A stretch of DNA of 64,000 nt from Marispirochaeta sp. (GTDB lineage Bacteria; Spirochaetota; Spirochaetia; JC444; Marispirochaetaceae). The DNA is taken from the NCBI GenBank assembly GCA_963676835.2, contig CAXXFF010000003.1, positions 128,001-192,000 of the forward strand, in the 5' to 3' direction. Shown piece by piece: positions 32,650-41,129 of the stretch. Made by a program: the position numbers and the translations under genes. The stretch's first letter is position 1. The number at the start of each line of letters is the position of its first letter. The notes under the pieces were generated by a model that was given only the letters and a program-made list of their open reading frames with translations, did not search any database and was not told the DNA's origin.

Positions 32650-33951
32650 ATGATATGGGATAAGGCTGCAGAATGCCGCAGCCGCAGCGAAATGGAAGCG
32701 ATTCAGCTTCAGCGTCTCCAGGAACTGGTAACAAGGCTTTACATCCGCGTACCTTTTTACCGCAGAAAATTTGATGAAGCGGGCATAAAACCCCAGGACA
32801 TCGCCAATCTTTCAGATATTGCCAAAATACCTTTTACCACCAAGCAGGAGTTAAGAGAAACCTATCCTTACGGTCTGCTTGCTGTAGATGAGTCTGAAAT
32901 TGTCGAAGTACACACCTCCTCCGGAACAACCGGAACCCCGGTAGTGGGTGCATACACTCATAAGGATATAGAAACATGGTCTCAGTCCATGGCGCGAACC
33001 CTGGCTATGGCCGGCGCAGGACCGGGAGATGTAGTCCAGAACGCATACGGATACGGTCTTTTTACCGGCGGTCTCGGCGTTCATTACGGAGCCCGGAAGC
33101 TCGGAGCTAATGTAATTCCAATTTCCGCAGGCAATACGAAGCGTCAGCTTATGATTATGCGTGATTTTGGAACCACCCTGCTGACCTGTACCCCCTCATA
33201 CTCGCTTTTTCTTTCTGAAGTTGCTCATGAGGAAGGCATTGATTTTAAATCACTGCCCTTGCGGTCCGGATGTTTCGGGGCTGAACCCTGGAGTGACAAC
33301 ATGCGGGTTGAGATTGAAAACAAGCTTGCCCTTAAAGCCCACGACATCTATGGTCTCACCGAAATTATCGGCCCGGGTGTTTCTTCTGAGTGTGAGGTTC
33401 AGGACGGCCTGCATGTAAATGAAGATTTCTTTTATCCTGAAATTATCAACCCTGAAACCGGTGAGGTTCTTCCCCTTGGCGAAAAGGGAGAACTGGTATT
33501 CACCACCCTGACCAAGGAAGGTACTCCTATCCTGCGCTACCGCACCAGAGACATAACCTATCTCTATAAAGAACCCTGCTCCTGCGGCAGAACCACGGTT
33601 AAGATGCATCGTCTCCTTGGCAGGACAGATGATATGCTTATTATCCGCGGTGTAAATATCTTCCCATCTCAGATCGAAGAGGTGCTGATGCGCATCGAAG
33701 AGACTCAGCCCCACTACCAGATTGTTGTAGACCGGGGAGATACTCATCTTGATGAAGTTGAGATTCACGTAGAGGTGGAAGAGAGCTTCTTCTCTGATGA
33801 AACCAGGGTGCTTGAAAGAATCCGGGGAAAAATCGCCGCAGAGATTCGCTCAAGTCTTGGTATCGGTGCAGTGATCAAGCTGGTTGAACCAAAATCGATC
33901 CAGCGAAGCGAAGGTAAAGCAAAACGGGTAATTGATAAACGGACCCTGTAA
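32650..33951 (+). CDS. paaK: Phenylacetate-CoA ligase family protein (copy 2)
   Basis: [53 protein letters not shown]. Confidence 0.92.
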   Translation: MIWDKAAECRSRSEMEAIQLQRLQELVTRLYIRVPFYRRKFDEAGIKPQDIANLSDIAKIPFTTKQELRETYPYGLLAVDESEIVEVHTSSGTTGTPVVGAYTHKDIETWSQSMARTLAMAGAGPGDVVQNAYGYGLFTGGLGVHYGARKLGANVIPISAGNTKRQLMIMRDFGTTLLTCTPSYSLFLSEVAHEEGIDFKSLPLRSGCFGAEPWSDNMRVEIENKLALKAHDIYGLTEIIGPGVSSECEVQDGLHVNEDFFYPEIINPETGEVLPLGEKGELVFTTLTKEGTPILRYRTRDITYLYKEPCSCGRTTVKMHRLLGRTDDMLIIRGVNIFPSQIEEVLMRIEETQPHYQIVVDRGDTHLDEVEIHVEVEESFFSDETRVLERIRGKIAAEIRSSLGIGAVIKLVEPKSIQRSEGKAKRVIDKRTL

Positions 33952-33962
33952 GGTAAGAGGAG

Positions 33963-34385
33963 TTGAACATGACTATTCAGCAGATTTCAGTTTTTCTTGA
34001 AAATAAATCCGGCCGCCTCGCTGAGGTGACCGGCACTCTTGGAAGCGCAGGTGTCAATATGCGTGCCGCCACCATAGCAGACACAGAAGACTTCGGTATT
34101 CTGCGTATTGTCGTGGATAATCCGGCAAAAGCCCTGGACGCACTGGAAGCAAAAGGCTTTACTGCCAAGGTGACCGACGTATTTGCTATTGAGATGGATG
34201 ACACCCCGGGCGGTCTCGGAAAAATTATGGGGCTGTTTCATGAAACGGGTGTTAACATTGAATATCTCTATTCTTCACTTGAAAATAAAAACAATACAGC
34301 TGTGGTTATTTTTAAAGTTGATGATGTCGAGCATGGCAACCAGGTGATTAAACAGCACAAACTTTCATCCATTCAAAGTTTCTAA
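33963..34385 (+). CDS. Tandem ACT-domain protein
   Basis: QISVFLENKSGRL...DTEDFGILR...DDTPGGL...VNIEYLY, the typical paaK-adjacent ACT protein. Confidence 0.9.
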   Translation: MNMTIQQISVFLENKSGRLAEVTGTLGSAGVNMRAATIADTEDFGILRIVVDNPAKALDALEAKGFTAKVTDVFAIEMDDTPGGLGKIMGLFHETGVNIEYLYSSLENKNNTAVVIFKVDDVEHGNQVIKQHKLSSIQSF

Positions 34386-34400
34386 CCTGTTTAAATCCTT

Positions 34401-34432
34401 AAACCGCTCCGCTGAAGGAGCGGTTTTTTTTT
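34401..34432 (+). terminator. Intrinsic terminator of the ior-paaK-ACT operon
   Basis: AAACCGCTCC-gctgaa-GGAGCGGTTT followed by a T-run. Confidence 0.88.
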
Positions 34433-34542
34433 GCTTCAGTTCTAACAAAGTGCCTCTGTCAATGTAACCGTATGTAAGTACTTTCAACAGTATTCATGCG
34501 AAATAGATACGAAACATAGTTTTTGCTCAAATAATTTTACCT

Positions 34543-34558
34543 GGGCACACTTTCTGCA
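34543..34558 (+). promoter_or_regulatory. Sigma54-type (-24/-12) promoter candidate
   Basis: GGGCACACTTTCTGCA gives GG-N10-GC, ending about 42 nt upstream of ATG 34600. Confidence 0.55.
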
Positions 34559-34599
34559 ATGTATTTACGGGAGGGTACTATTTCTATGAGGTAAAGTTA

Positions 34600-35472
34600 A
34601 TGAAAAGAAATTTGGGCACTACGGTGTCTGATTGGAAAAAAGGTAAAATATCAGAAAAAAAAGTTATTGGAAAACTGGCAATTTATTCCTACAATTTTCT
34701 GAAAAACAAATTTCATGATCACGAAGATGCTGCATCTGAAATCTTTTGCGAGGTTCTCAGACGTCTGCCCCGTATTATAAACCTGTTCACCTTCAGGGGT
34801 ATTCCCTTTGAAGCTTATCTGCACATTTCAATTAAAAAAGCAATCAGCTCCTACTTCCGGAGAGAGAAAAAAGAAAGCACTCTGGAAAATTATGCTGCAG
34901 AAACTTTTTATGAAAGCATGGAGGAATATTCACCGGTAGATTCCGTTGCAGAATCTGTTCCGATGGAATCCGCCTTTCTAAGAAGTTACACCGATGAAAC
35001 CAATGCAATAACAGATGTGCATCAACATATGCGCAAACGGGTTCTTTGTCTTGCCTGCAAAAACGCCTATTTTATAGACAACCGTTTAATACAACGCACG
35101 GCACACCTTGCAGGGGTTTCCGATAAATGGCTTGCAAGTATAGTCGAAGATTTGCGGACGACTATGGCGGAAAGACTTGAAAGATATGAACAGTTATCCT
35201 TGAGAAAGCAGCAAAACCTTGCCTTTACCTACCTTATGGAGGTTCAACAAGCACAGAATCCGGATGCAGAACAACATGAAAAATACCGTAAAAAATACGC
35301 TGTATTCTCTTCACGGGCACAAAAGCTGAACTTAAAATTAAAATCCGTCCCCCTCACTCCAACCCATATAGAAATCGCCAAAGCCCTGAAGATGCCAAAA
35401 GGATCTGTGGACTCCGGACTGCATTATCTCAGACGTTTTAATGCAAGGAGTAAGAAAGACAATAGGAGTTAA
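34600..35472 (+). CDS. Sigma70/ECF-like sigma factor homologue
   Basis: Region-2-like EDAASEIF...FEAYL...SYFRR and region-4-like HTH THIEIAKALKMPKGSVDS, separated by a long helical insert. Confidence 0.65.
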   Translation: MKRNLGTTVSDWKKGKISEKKVIGKLAIYSYNFLKNKFHDHEDAASEIFCEVLRRLPRIINLFTFRGIPFEAYLHISIKKAISSYFRREKKESTLENYAAETFYESMEEYSPVDSVAESVPMESAFLRSYTDETNAITDVHQHMRKRVLCLACKNAYFIDNRLIQRTAHLAGVSDKWLASIVEDLRTTMAERLERYEQLSLRKQQNLAFTYLMEVQQAQNPDAEQHEKYRKKYAVFSSRAQKLNLKLKSVPLTPTHIEIAKALKMPKGSVDSGLHYLRRFNARSKKDNRS

Positions 35473-35510
35473 AGCTTCCCGGTCTGCCTATTTTCCGCTA
35501 AACTTGCTCC

Positions 35511-36116
35511 ATGGAATTATTACTGGCAACAGGAAATCTGCATAAAAAGCAGGAATTTGAAAAATTATTATCACAATGGACCATTCTCACTCCCGAAGAG
35601 GCAGGTTTACAATTTTTTTGCGATGAAACAGGAAAATCCTTCAGCGAGAATGCTCTGCAGAAAGCTGAAGCGCTCTACAGGGTTTCTGGAAAAGCGGTTA
35701 TTGCCGATGACTCAGGCCTTAGTGTGGATAGTCTTAACGGCAGGCCCGGGATACACTCTGCCCGCTATGGGGATACGGATACAAAAAAACTTACTTCTAT
35801 AGAAAAGTACAATCTGCTTCTTGCAGAAATGAAAGGCACCACAGATCGCAGTGCAGCCTTTATCTGCTCCCTTGTTCTAATGATAGATCCCGACAGGTTC
35901 TTTGTTTTTCAGGAGACATGCACCGGGGTTATCAGTGAAAAACCATCAGGAAGCGGCGGCTTCGGGTATGATCCTGTTTTTTATCTTCCCGAATTGGGAA
36001 GAACAATGGCTGAACTTACAGAGGATGAAAAAAACAGTATCTCTCACCGGGGCATGGCAGGTAAGGCGCTTTCCATTTTTCTCGACAACTACGGAGACTC
36101 CCTTGGACTGGTTTGA
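35511..36116 (+). CDS. rdgB: Non-canonical purine NTP pyrophosphatase (RdgB/HAM1)
   Basis: ATGNLHK, ADDSGL, PGIHSAR, GFGYDPVF, SHRG. Confidence 0.95.
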   Translation: MELLLATGNLHKKQEFEKLLSQWTILTPEEAGLQFFCDETGKSFSENALQKAEALYRVSGKAVIADDSGLSVDSLNGRPGIHSARYGDTDTKKLTSIEKYNLLLAEMKGTTDRSAAFICSLVLMIDPDRFFVFQETCTGVISEKPSGSGGFGYDPVFYLPELGRTMAELTEDEKNSISHRGMAGKALSIFLDNYGDSLGLV

Positions 36117-36843
36117 AGATGACCAGTTCTGGGTCCGTTTTGCACCGGTAATGTTTGATTCTGCCCGTTGGGAAGACACTTCCTGGGAAGTAGATGGATT
36201 ACTGAACATGACGAGCCTTTCAAAAGGTACATCTATCCTTGACTCGTGCTGCGGAGTTGGCAGACACTCCCTGGAATTCGCCCGCCGGGGATTCAATGTA
36301 ACCGGAGTAGACAGGACACAAGCCTATATAGATGCCGCCATAGAAAGTGCAGACACAGAAAACCTCTCTATTGAGTTTATTCTACAGGATGTTCGTGAGT
36401 TCTGCAGACCGGAGACCTATAGTCTGGCAATGAATATGTTTACTTCCTTTGGTTTCTTCTCGTCCATGGAAGATGAAAAGCAGTATATTGCAAACATCCA
36501 CACAACCCTGAAAAAGGGCGGACTATTTGTTATTGATGTGAATGGAAAGGAAATTCTTTCACGGGACTTTAAACCAATGGAGGAATATACGGAGAACGGC
36601 ATTACCGTCAGGGGAGAATATAAAATCGAGAATGATTTTTCTGTTCTGAACAATCACTGGAGTATTTATGAAAACAGTGAACAGTACAGTTTCCAGTTCT
36701 CGCACCGCATTTATTCCGCAGTTGAACTTAAAGAGTTGTTGCTTGAGTGCGGTTTTCAAACAGTATCTGTCTTTGGCGGCTTTGACGGACGTCCATATGA
36801 TAACAATGCACAACGGCTGATTACAATTGCACAAAAAGCATAA
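36103..36843 (+). CDS. Class I SAM-dependent methyltransferase
   Basis: ILDSCCGVGRH, VTGVD, LKKGG. Probable TTG start behind GGAG. Confidence 0.85.
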   Translation: MDWFEDDQFWVRFAPVMFDSARWEDTSWEVDGLLNMTSLSKGTSILDSCCGVGRHSLEFARRGFNVTGVDRTQAYIDAAIESADTENLSIEFILQDVREFCRPETYSLAMNMFTSFGFFSSMEDEKQYIANIHTTLKKGGLFVIDVNGKEILSRDFKPMEEYTENGITVRGEYKIENDFSVLNNHWSIYENSEQYSFQFSHRIYSAVELKELLLECGFQTVSVFGGFDGRPYDNNAQRLITIAQKA

Positions 36844-36857
36844 AAGGAGTATTACCC

Positions 36858-38648
36858 ATGTCAGATACAATACCACTTCGCTCAGAACTTAAACCTGAGG
36901 ATACCTGGGACCTTTCCGGTCTGTTTAACAAGCCTTCAGAATGGGAAAAATGCCTTGAAGAGTTCAATAAACAGATCAGCAGAATACCCGGCTTTAAAGG
37001 AACCATATCAGATTCTGCGGAATCCTTTGCAGATCTGCTTGATTTTCTTACTGTTCATGAAAAACTTGGCGAACGACTTGGCTCCTATGCACATCTCCGG
37101 ACCGCGGAAAATGGCGGTGATGATGAGCATCAGGGACGCTTTGCCCGGTTTATCCGCAGTGCCAGTGAGTCAAACAGCGCTTTAAGCTTTTTCCGCCCCG
37201 AACTGCTCAGCATTCCCGACGATACTATGAATAAAATGCTGCAGCATCCCAGGGTAGAACCCTACAGCATAATGCTTAATAAGATGCTGCGATTTAAAGC
37301 CCATGTCCTCAGCGAGAAAGAAGAAAAACTTCTTTCCATGCAGACAGAAGCCAATCAGACCGCCTCAAAAGGTTTTAAGGCACTCACCGATGTCGACCTC
37401 GAGTTCGGCACCATAGAGACCCCTGAGGGCCCGAAAGCGCTTACTCAGGGCACATATTCCGCATTCCTGATGAATCCCGATAGAGAGTTACGGGAAAAAG
37501 CATACCGGCAGTTCTATGCAGGCTTCGACAGCCACAAACAAACTCTGGCAGCCCTCTATTCCGGCAGCATCCACCTGGATGCGTACAGAGCAAAGGTTCG
37601 TAACTACCCATCCTCCCGGGCAGCGGCTCTCTTTCCCGATAAAGTTCCGGAAGAGGTTTACGATAATCTTATTGGCACTATCCACGAATCACTGCCCAAA
37701 CTTCACACCTACTACAGCCTGAGAAAAAAACAGCTCGGACTGAAAGAACTACGCCACTGGGACGTGTATGTACCCCTCACTGCATCCGTCCATGTGCATA
37801 ACACCTATGATGAAGCGGTGGAAACCATTATACCTGCTCTCTCTCCCTTGGGCGATGAATACTGCAGCACCCTTGAAAATGGTCTGAAAGGGCGCTGGGT
37901 AGACCGCTATGAGAACAAGGGGAAGCGGTCCGGAGCCTTTTCCGCCGGCAGTTATCATGGAGATCCCTATATTCTCATGAACTACAAAGAGGATGTCTTC
38001 AGGGATGTCTTTACCCTGGCCCATGAAGGCGGCCATTCAATGCACAGCTGGTACAGCGTAAAATCCAACCCCTTCCAGCACTACGACTACACGATCTTTG
38101 AAGCTGAAGTTGCATCCACTTTCAATGAACAGCTCCTGGGTAAATACCTAATGGAGAGAGCTGAAACTGAAGAGATGAAATCCTATCTTATCGGTAAACA
38201 GATAGATGAAATTGTAGCCACCATATTCCGGCAGACCATGTTTGGTGAATTTGAGCATCTTGTACATAAGATGGCCGAGGAAGGAACTCCCCTTACCCTT
38301 GATGCCTTCAGGCAGACATATAGAAAACTTCTGGAACAGTACTTCGGACCTGAAATGGTCCTTGATGAAGTATCCGATTTGGAAGGTTTGCGAATACCAC
38401 ATTTTTACCGGGCGTTTTATGTATATAAATACGCAACCGGTTTATCCGCAGCTATTGCTCTTTCCGAGCGCGTACTGAATGGCGGGGACAAAGAACGGGT
38501 AGATTACCTTTCTTTCCTGAAATCAGGAGGGTCCAGATTTCCCCTTGAGTCTCTTAAAGTTGCCGGAGTGGATATGTCTTCACCGGAACCCATCAGAGGT
38601 GCCATGACCCGCTTCAGCGATCTGGTATCACAGCTTGAAGCTCTGTGA
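36858..38648 (+). CDS. pepF: Oligoendopeptidase F (M3B)
   Basis: KRSGAFS, TLAHEGGHSMHS (HExxH), AEVASTFNE, RQTMFGEFE, IPHFY, FYVYKYATG. Confidence 0.95.
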   Translation: MSDTIPLRSELKPEDTWDLSGLFNKPSEWEKCLEEFNKQISRIPGFKGTISDSAESFADLLDFLTVHEKLGERLGSYAHLRTAENGGDDEHQGRFARFIRSASESNSALSFFRPELLSIPDDTMNKMLQHPRVEPYSIMLNKMLRFKAHVLSEKEEKLLSMQTEANQTASKGFKALTDVDLEFGTIETPEGPKALTQGTYSAFLMNPDRELREKAYRQFYAGFDSHKQTLAALYSGSIHLDAYRAKVRNYPSSRAAALFPDKVPEEVYDNLIGTIHESLPKLHTYYSLRKKQLGLKELRHWDVYVPLTASVHVHNTYDEAVETIIPALSPLGDEYCSTLENGLKGRWVDRYENKGKRSGAFSAGSYHGDPYILMNYKEDVFRDVFTLAHEGGHSMHSWYSVKSNPFQHYDYTIFEAEVASTFNEQLLGKYLMERAETEEMKSYLIGKQIDEIVATIFRQTMFGEFEHLVHKMAEEGTPLTLDAFRQTYRKLLEQYFGPEMVLDEVSDLEGLRIPHFYRAFYVYKYATGLSAAIALSERVLNGGDKERVDYLSFLKSGGSRFPLESLKVAGVDMSSPEPIRGAMTRFSDLVSQLEAL

Positions 38649-38698
38649 AAGCCCTTAAAAAATAGGTTGATTGATACACCGATTTTAGCTAAATCCTG

Positions 38699-38727
38699 TT
38701 GACACAGGAAGCTAAAATCGGTAGTAT
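38699..38727 (+). promoter_or_regulatory. Sigma70 promoter of tRNA-Leu(GAG)
   Basis: TTGACA-17 nt-TAGTAT, embedded in a long palindrome. Confidence 0.7.
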
Positions 38728-38743
38728 CACGTTACATTTTTGA

Positions 38744-38827
38744 GCGGCGGTGGTGAAATTGGTAGACACGCTAGCTTGAGGGGCTAGTGGCCGTTAGGCC
38801 GTGCTGGTTCAAGTCCAGTTCGCCGCA
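38744..38827 (+). tRNA. tRNA-Leu (GAG), integration target
   Basis: GCGGCGG acceptor, CTAGC-TTGAGGG-GCTAG anticodon arm, variable arm GGCCGTTAGGCC, T-loop GTTCAAGTC. Confidence 0.95.
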
Positions 38828-38830
38828 CTA
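38775..38830 (+). repeat. attL core (3' part of tRNA-Leu)
   Basis: CTTGAGGGGCTAGTGGCCGTTAGGCCGTGCTGGTTCAAGTCCAGTTCGCCGCACTA, identical to 46963-47018. Confidence 0.95.
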
Positions 38831-38939
38831 CCAAACTCCTTACACTGTAAGGATTTATAAAAGTGACGGAAAATTGTGCTAATGGGGTACGCTCCTTGAT
38901 GGTGGCCGAAAGGTGGCTGAAATATCAAGGAGGTAGCCC

Positions 38940-39038
38940 ATGGCTACAAAAACACTTTTCCATTTTCCTACGATTGATATGCTGGAGAGCTTCGGGGGGG
39001 GTCCTAAGACTACCTATGTCCTCGGAGGTGAAGCATGA
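38940..39038 (+). CDS. 32-aa leader ORF (not in ORF track), coupled to the next gene
   Basis: AAGGAGG SD 6 nt before ATG. Translates MATKTLFHFPTIDMLESFGGGPKTTYVLGGEA*. Its stop overlaps the next start (ATGA). Confidence 0.55.
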   Translation: MATKTLFHFPTIDMLESFGGGPKTTYVLGGEA

Positions 39039-39316
39039 ATTTTCAAGATCAAATCGAAAAAGCAAACAACACTCTACTCGAAAACACGAGCAGTGCCGTT
39101 CTTCTTATCGGTAAGCTAAAAGTGATAGCCGATTGGCTTGATCGAGCTTCTCAAGATTACCCCAGACCAATGGAACATTTGGACGTGCATTTATCAGGCG
39201 CATCTGAGCTGATTAAAGGGGTTATTACTGATATCGATGCATTGTGGGATCGAAACGACTTTCAAATTCACATTGATAAATCCGACTTTCCCAAAGTGCT
39301 GGAGGTAGTAAAATGA
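39035..39316 (+). CDS. Hypothetical protein (93 aa) coupled to integrase
   Basis: GGAGG SD. Its stop overlaps the integrase start (ATGA). Confidence 0.7.
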   Translation: MNFQDQIEKANNTLLENTSSAVLLIGKLKVIADWLDRASQDYPRPMEHLDVHLSGASELIKGVITDIDALWDRNDFQIHIDKSDFPKVLEVVK

Positions 39317-40527
39317 CCTCCATAAACCTTGATACGGATTTTCACATCCTTAAAAAATGGCGATACAAAGACGGAAAGAGGACCAATAAATATGTTTACT
39401 ATGCGGCCTCTACAAATCCTGATTGGAACCATGAAAATCCCAAAGCTTGCCCCAAATATCTGATAATGAAAAGTACAGGGCAAACCAGTAAAACGGCAGC
39501 AAGGAAGGTTGCATTACACTGGATGCAAACGGGTGAGCTTGTGCCAGACAAACCGAAAGAAGCGAAGGACAGCATTTCATACCTTTCAACGGTTTTTGAA
39601 CCCGAGAGTACATATGTCAGGCGCCGTAGAAGCTTGGGAAAGTCAATGTCTTTGACCTACATCAATATCAGTAAAAGCTGGATTGATCGCTATTTTGTCG
39701 CCTATTGCAAGGAACGCGGGATCACCCGCATGGGTGAGATTACACGAAAATTCGTCGACGACTGGCAGCTATATCTTTATGAAAGCAAAGTTATAGGTCC
39801 GGTAACTGTGAACAAAGTACTCCAAGCGGTAAAGGTTGCGTTTGGACAGGCTGTAAGAGATGAATTGATACCATCTAACCCAGCCAGCTACATAGAGCCC
39901 GTAGAGGCAAGGGAACGGGAAAGAGGAATCTTTTCCCTGGAAGAGTATGAAAAGCTATTCGCAGAGCCTTGGGACGATCTGGAAGTATATTCAGCTTGTT
40001 ATCTGAGCGCCACGACTGCTATGCGTTTAGGGGAAGTGAGAGGGTTGTTGGTAAAGAACCTTGATCTTAAGAAAGGGGTGGTTCACATCAAAACAAGCTG
40101 GCAAGACAACGAAGGGATAAAGGATCCTAAGTGGAAAAGCTTCAGCCATGAAGATGGCCTTCCACTTGCCCCTGGAGTCATCAAGGTCTTATCAGAGATT
40201 GTACAGCATCATCGCTGGGGAGCAGATCCTGGACGCTTTGTATTCTGGGATATAGACTCACCTGACCGACCGATAGGAAAAGAAAAACTCACTAAGGGGC
40301 TCTATGCTGCAATGAAGCGGGTAGGAATAGACAGGAAAGCAAAGAACCTCACCTTTCACAGTCTACGACATACCATGATTACCACCCTGAAAGATGATCC
40401 GCGCCTACTTCGCTACTTCGCAAGGCATAAACAGGAACGGATTACAGAGCGATATATTCACCTTACCGAAGAAGACACAAATCGCTTTGAAAGCACTATT
40501 TCTGGCCGTTTTAGCTTCGCCAGCTAG
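39313..40527 (+). CDS. int: Tyrosine recombinase/integrase
   Basis: TAMRLGE (R), DPK (K), FHSLRHT (HxxR), ARH...TERYIH (H, Y). N-terminal arm-binding-like and core-binding domains. Confidence 0.93.
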   Translation: MTSINLDTDFHILKKWRYKDGKRTNKYVYYAASTNPDWNHENPKACPKYLIMKSTGQTSKTAARKVALHWMQTGELVPDKPKEAKDSISYLSTVFEPESTYVRRRRSLGKSMSLTYINISKSWIDRYFVAYCKERGITRMGEITRKFVDDWQLYLYESKVIGPVTVNKVLQAVKVAFGQAVRDELIPSNPASYIEPVEARERERGIFSLEEYEKLFAEPWDDLEVYSACYLSATTAMRLGEVRGLLVKNLDLKKGVVHIKTSWQDNEGIKDPKWKSFSHEDGLPLAPGVIKVLSEIVQHHRWGADPGRFVFWDIDSPDRPIGKEKLTKGLYAAMKRVGIDRKAKNLTFHSLRHTMITTLKDDPRLLRYFARHKQERITERYIHLTEEDTNRFESTISGRFSFAS

Positions 40528-40598
40528 TTATTTACTACTTAAAACCATACCCACGGGCCATTTACACATTGTAGGTGGCCCAACTGGTGGCTGGGCAT

Positions 40599-40649
40599 AA
40601 AAAAACCCCGACTACCTTAAGGGTGGATGATGAAACCCAGTAGCCGAGG
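40599..40649 (-). terminator. Terminator/structured 3' end of the minus-strand structural operon
   Basis: Minus strand CCUCGGCUAC...GUAGUCGGGG (with G-U pairs), inner GGGU/ACCC stem, then U7. Confidence 0.6.
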
Positions 40650-40681
40650 AAGGCAACGCCTTTTTCCTTACCGGAGCCAGC

Positions 40682-41005
40682 TTACTTTTCTATTCTCCGT
40701 TCATACGCTCCACGGATCGCCTCTGTCAGAGCGATTGATCCGCGAGTCTCGATGAACTCCTGAGGTTTGCCGTCGATACGGTCATAGATATATTTGATTG
40801 CAGTTATATCTCCCGAGAGGGCAAGATCCCACAATTTAGCAGCCAAAGCTTGATTACGTGACATCATTTTCCGTTCACCGGTTTTAGGGTCAATGTACTC
40901 AACGTCTCGCTTCTTGGCATGTGATCCCAGAATGTCAGAAAGGCCCTTTCCCTTTCGGGGGCGGCCTTTTCGGTTTATGTTCTCGGGATGTTCTATAAAT
41001 CCCAT
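40682..41005 (-). CDS. Putative terminase small subunit (DUF5681-like)
   Basis: MGFIEHPENINRKGRPRKG...ALSGDITAIKYIYDRIDGKP resembles the NxxGRP small proteins that precede TerL in phages. Confidence 0.6.
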   Translation of the reverse strand: MGFIEHPENINRKGRPRKGKGLSDILGSHAKKRDVEYIDPKTGERKMMSRNQALAAKLWDLALSGDITAIKYIYDRIDGKPQEFIETRGSIALTEAIRGAYERRIEK

Positions 41006-41129
41006 TGTTCCCCCCTTGTAAAACAAGGGCCCACCCCGAAGGGTGGGCAAAGTTATTAGTGCCGGTAAATCAGTATAAAAACCCGGCACTAAACATCCGG
41101 GTGAATAACTTCCGGATGTCATAAACAAT

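Noticed and set aside
38863..39114. 83-aa ORF after attL
   Set aside because: No SD, and it overlaps the better-supported 32-aa leader and 93-aa ORF in other frames.
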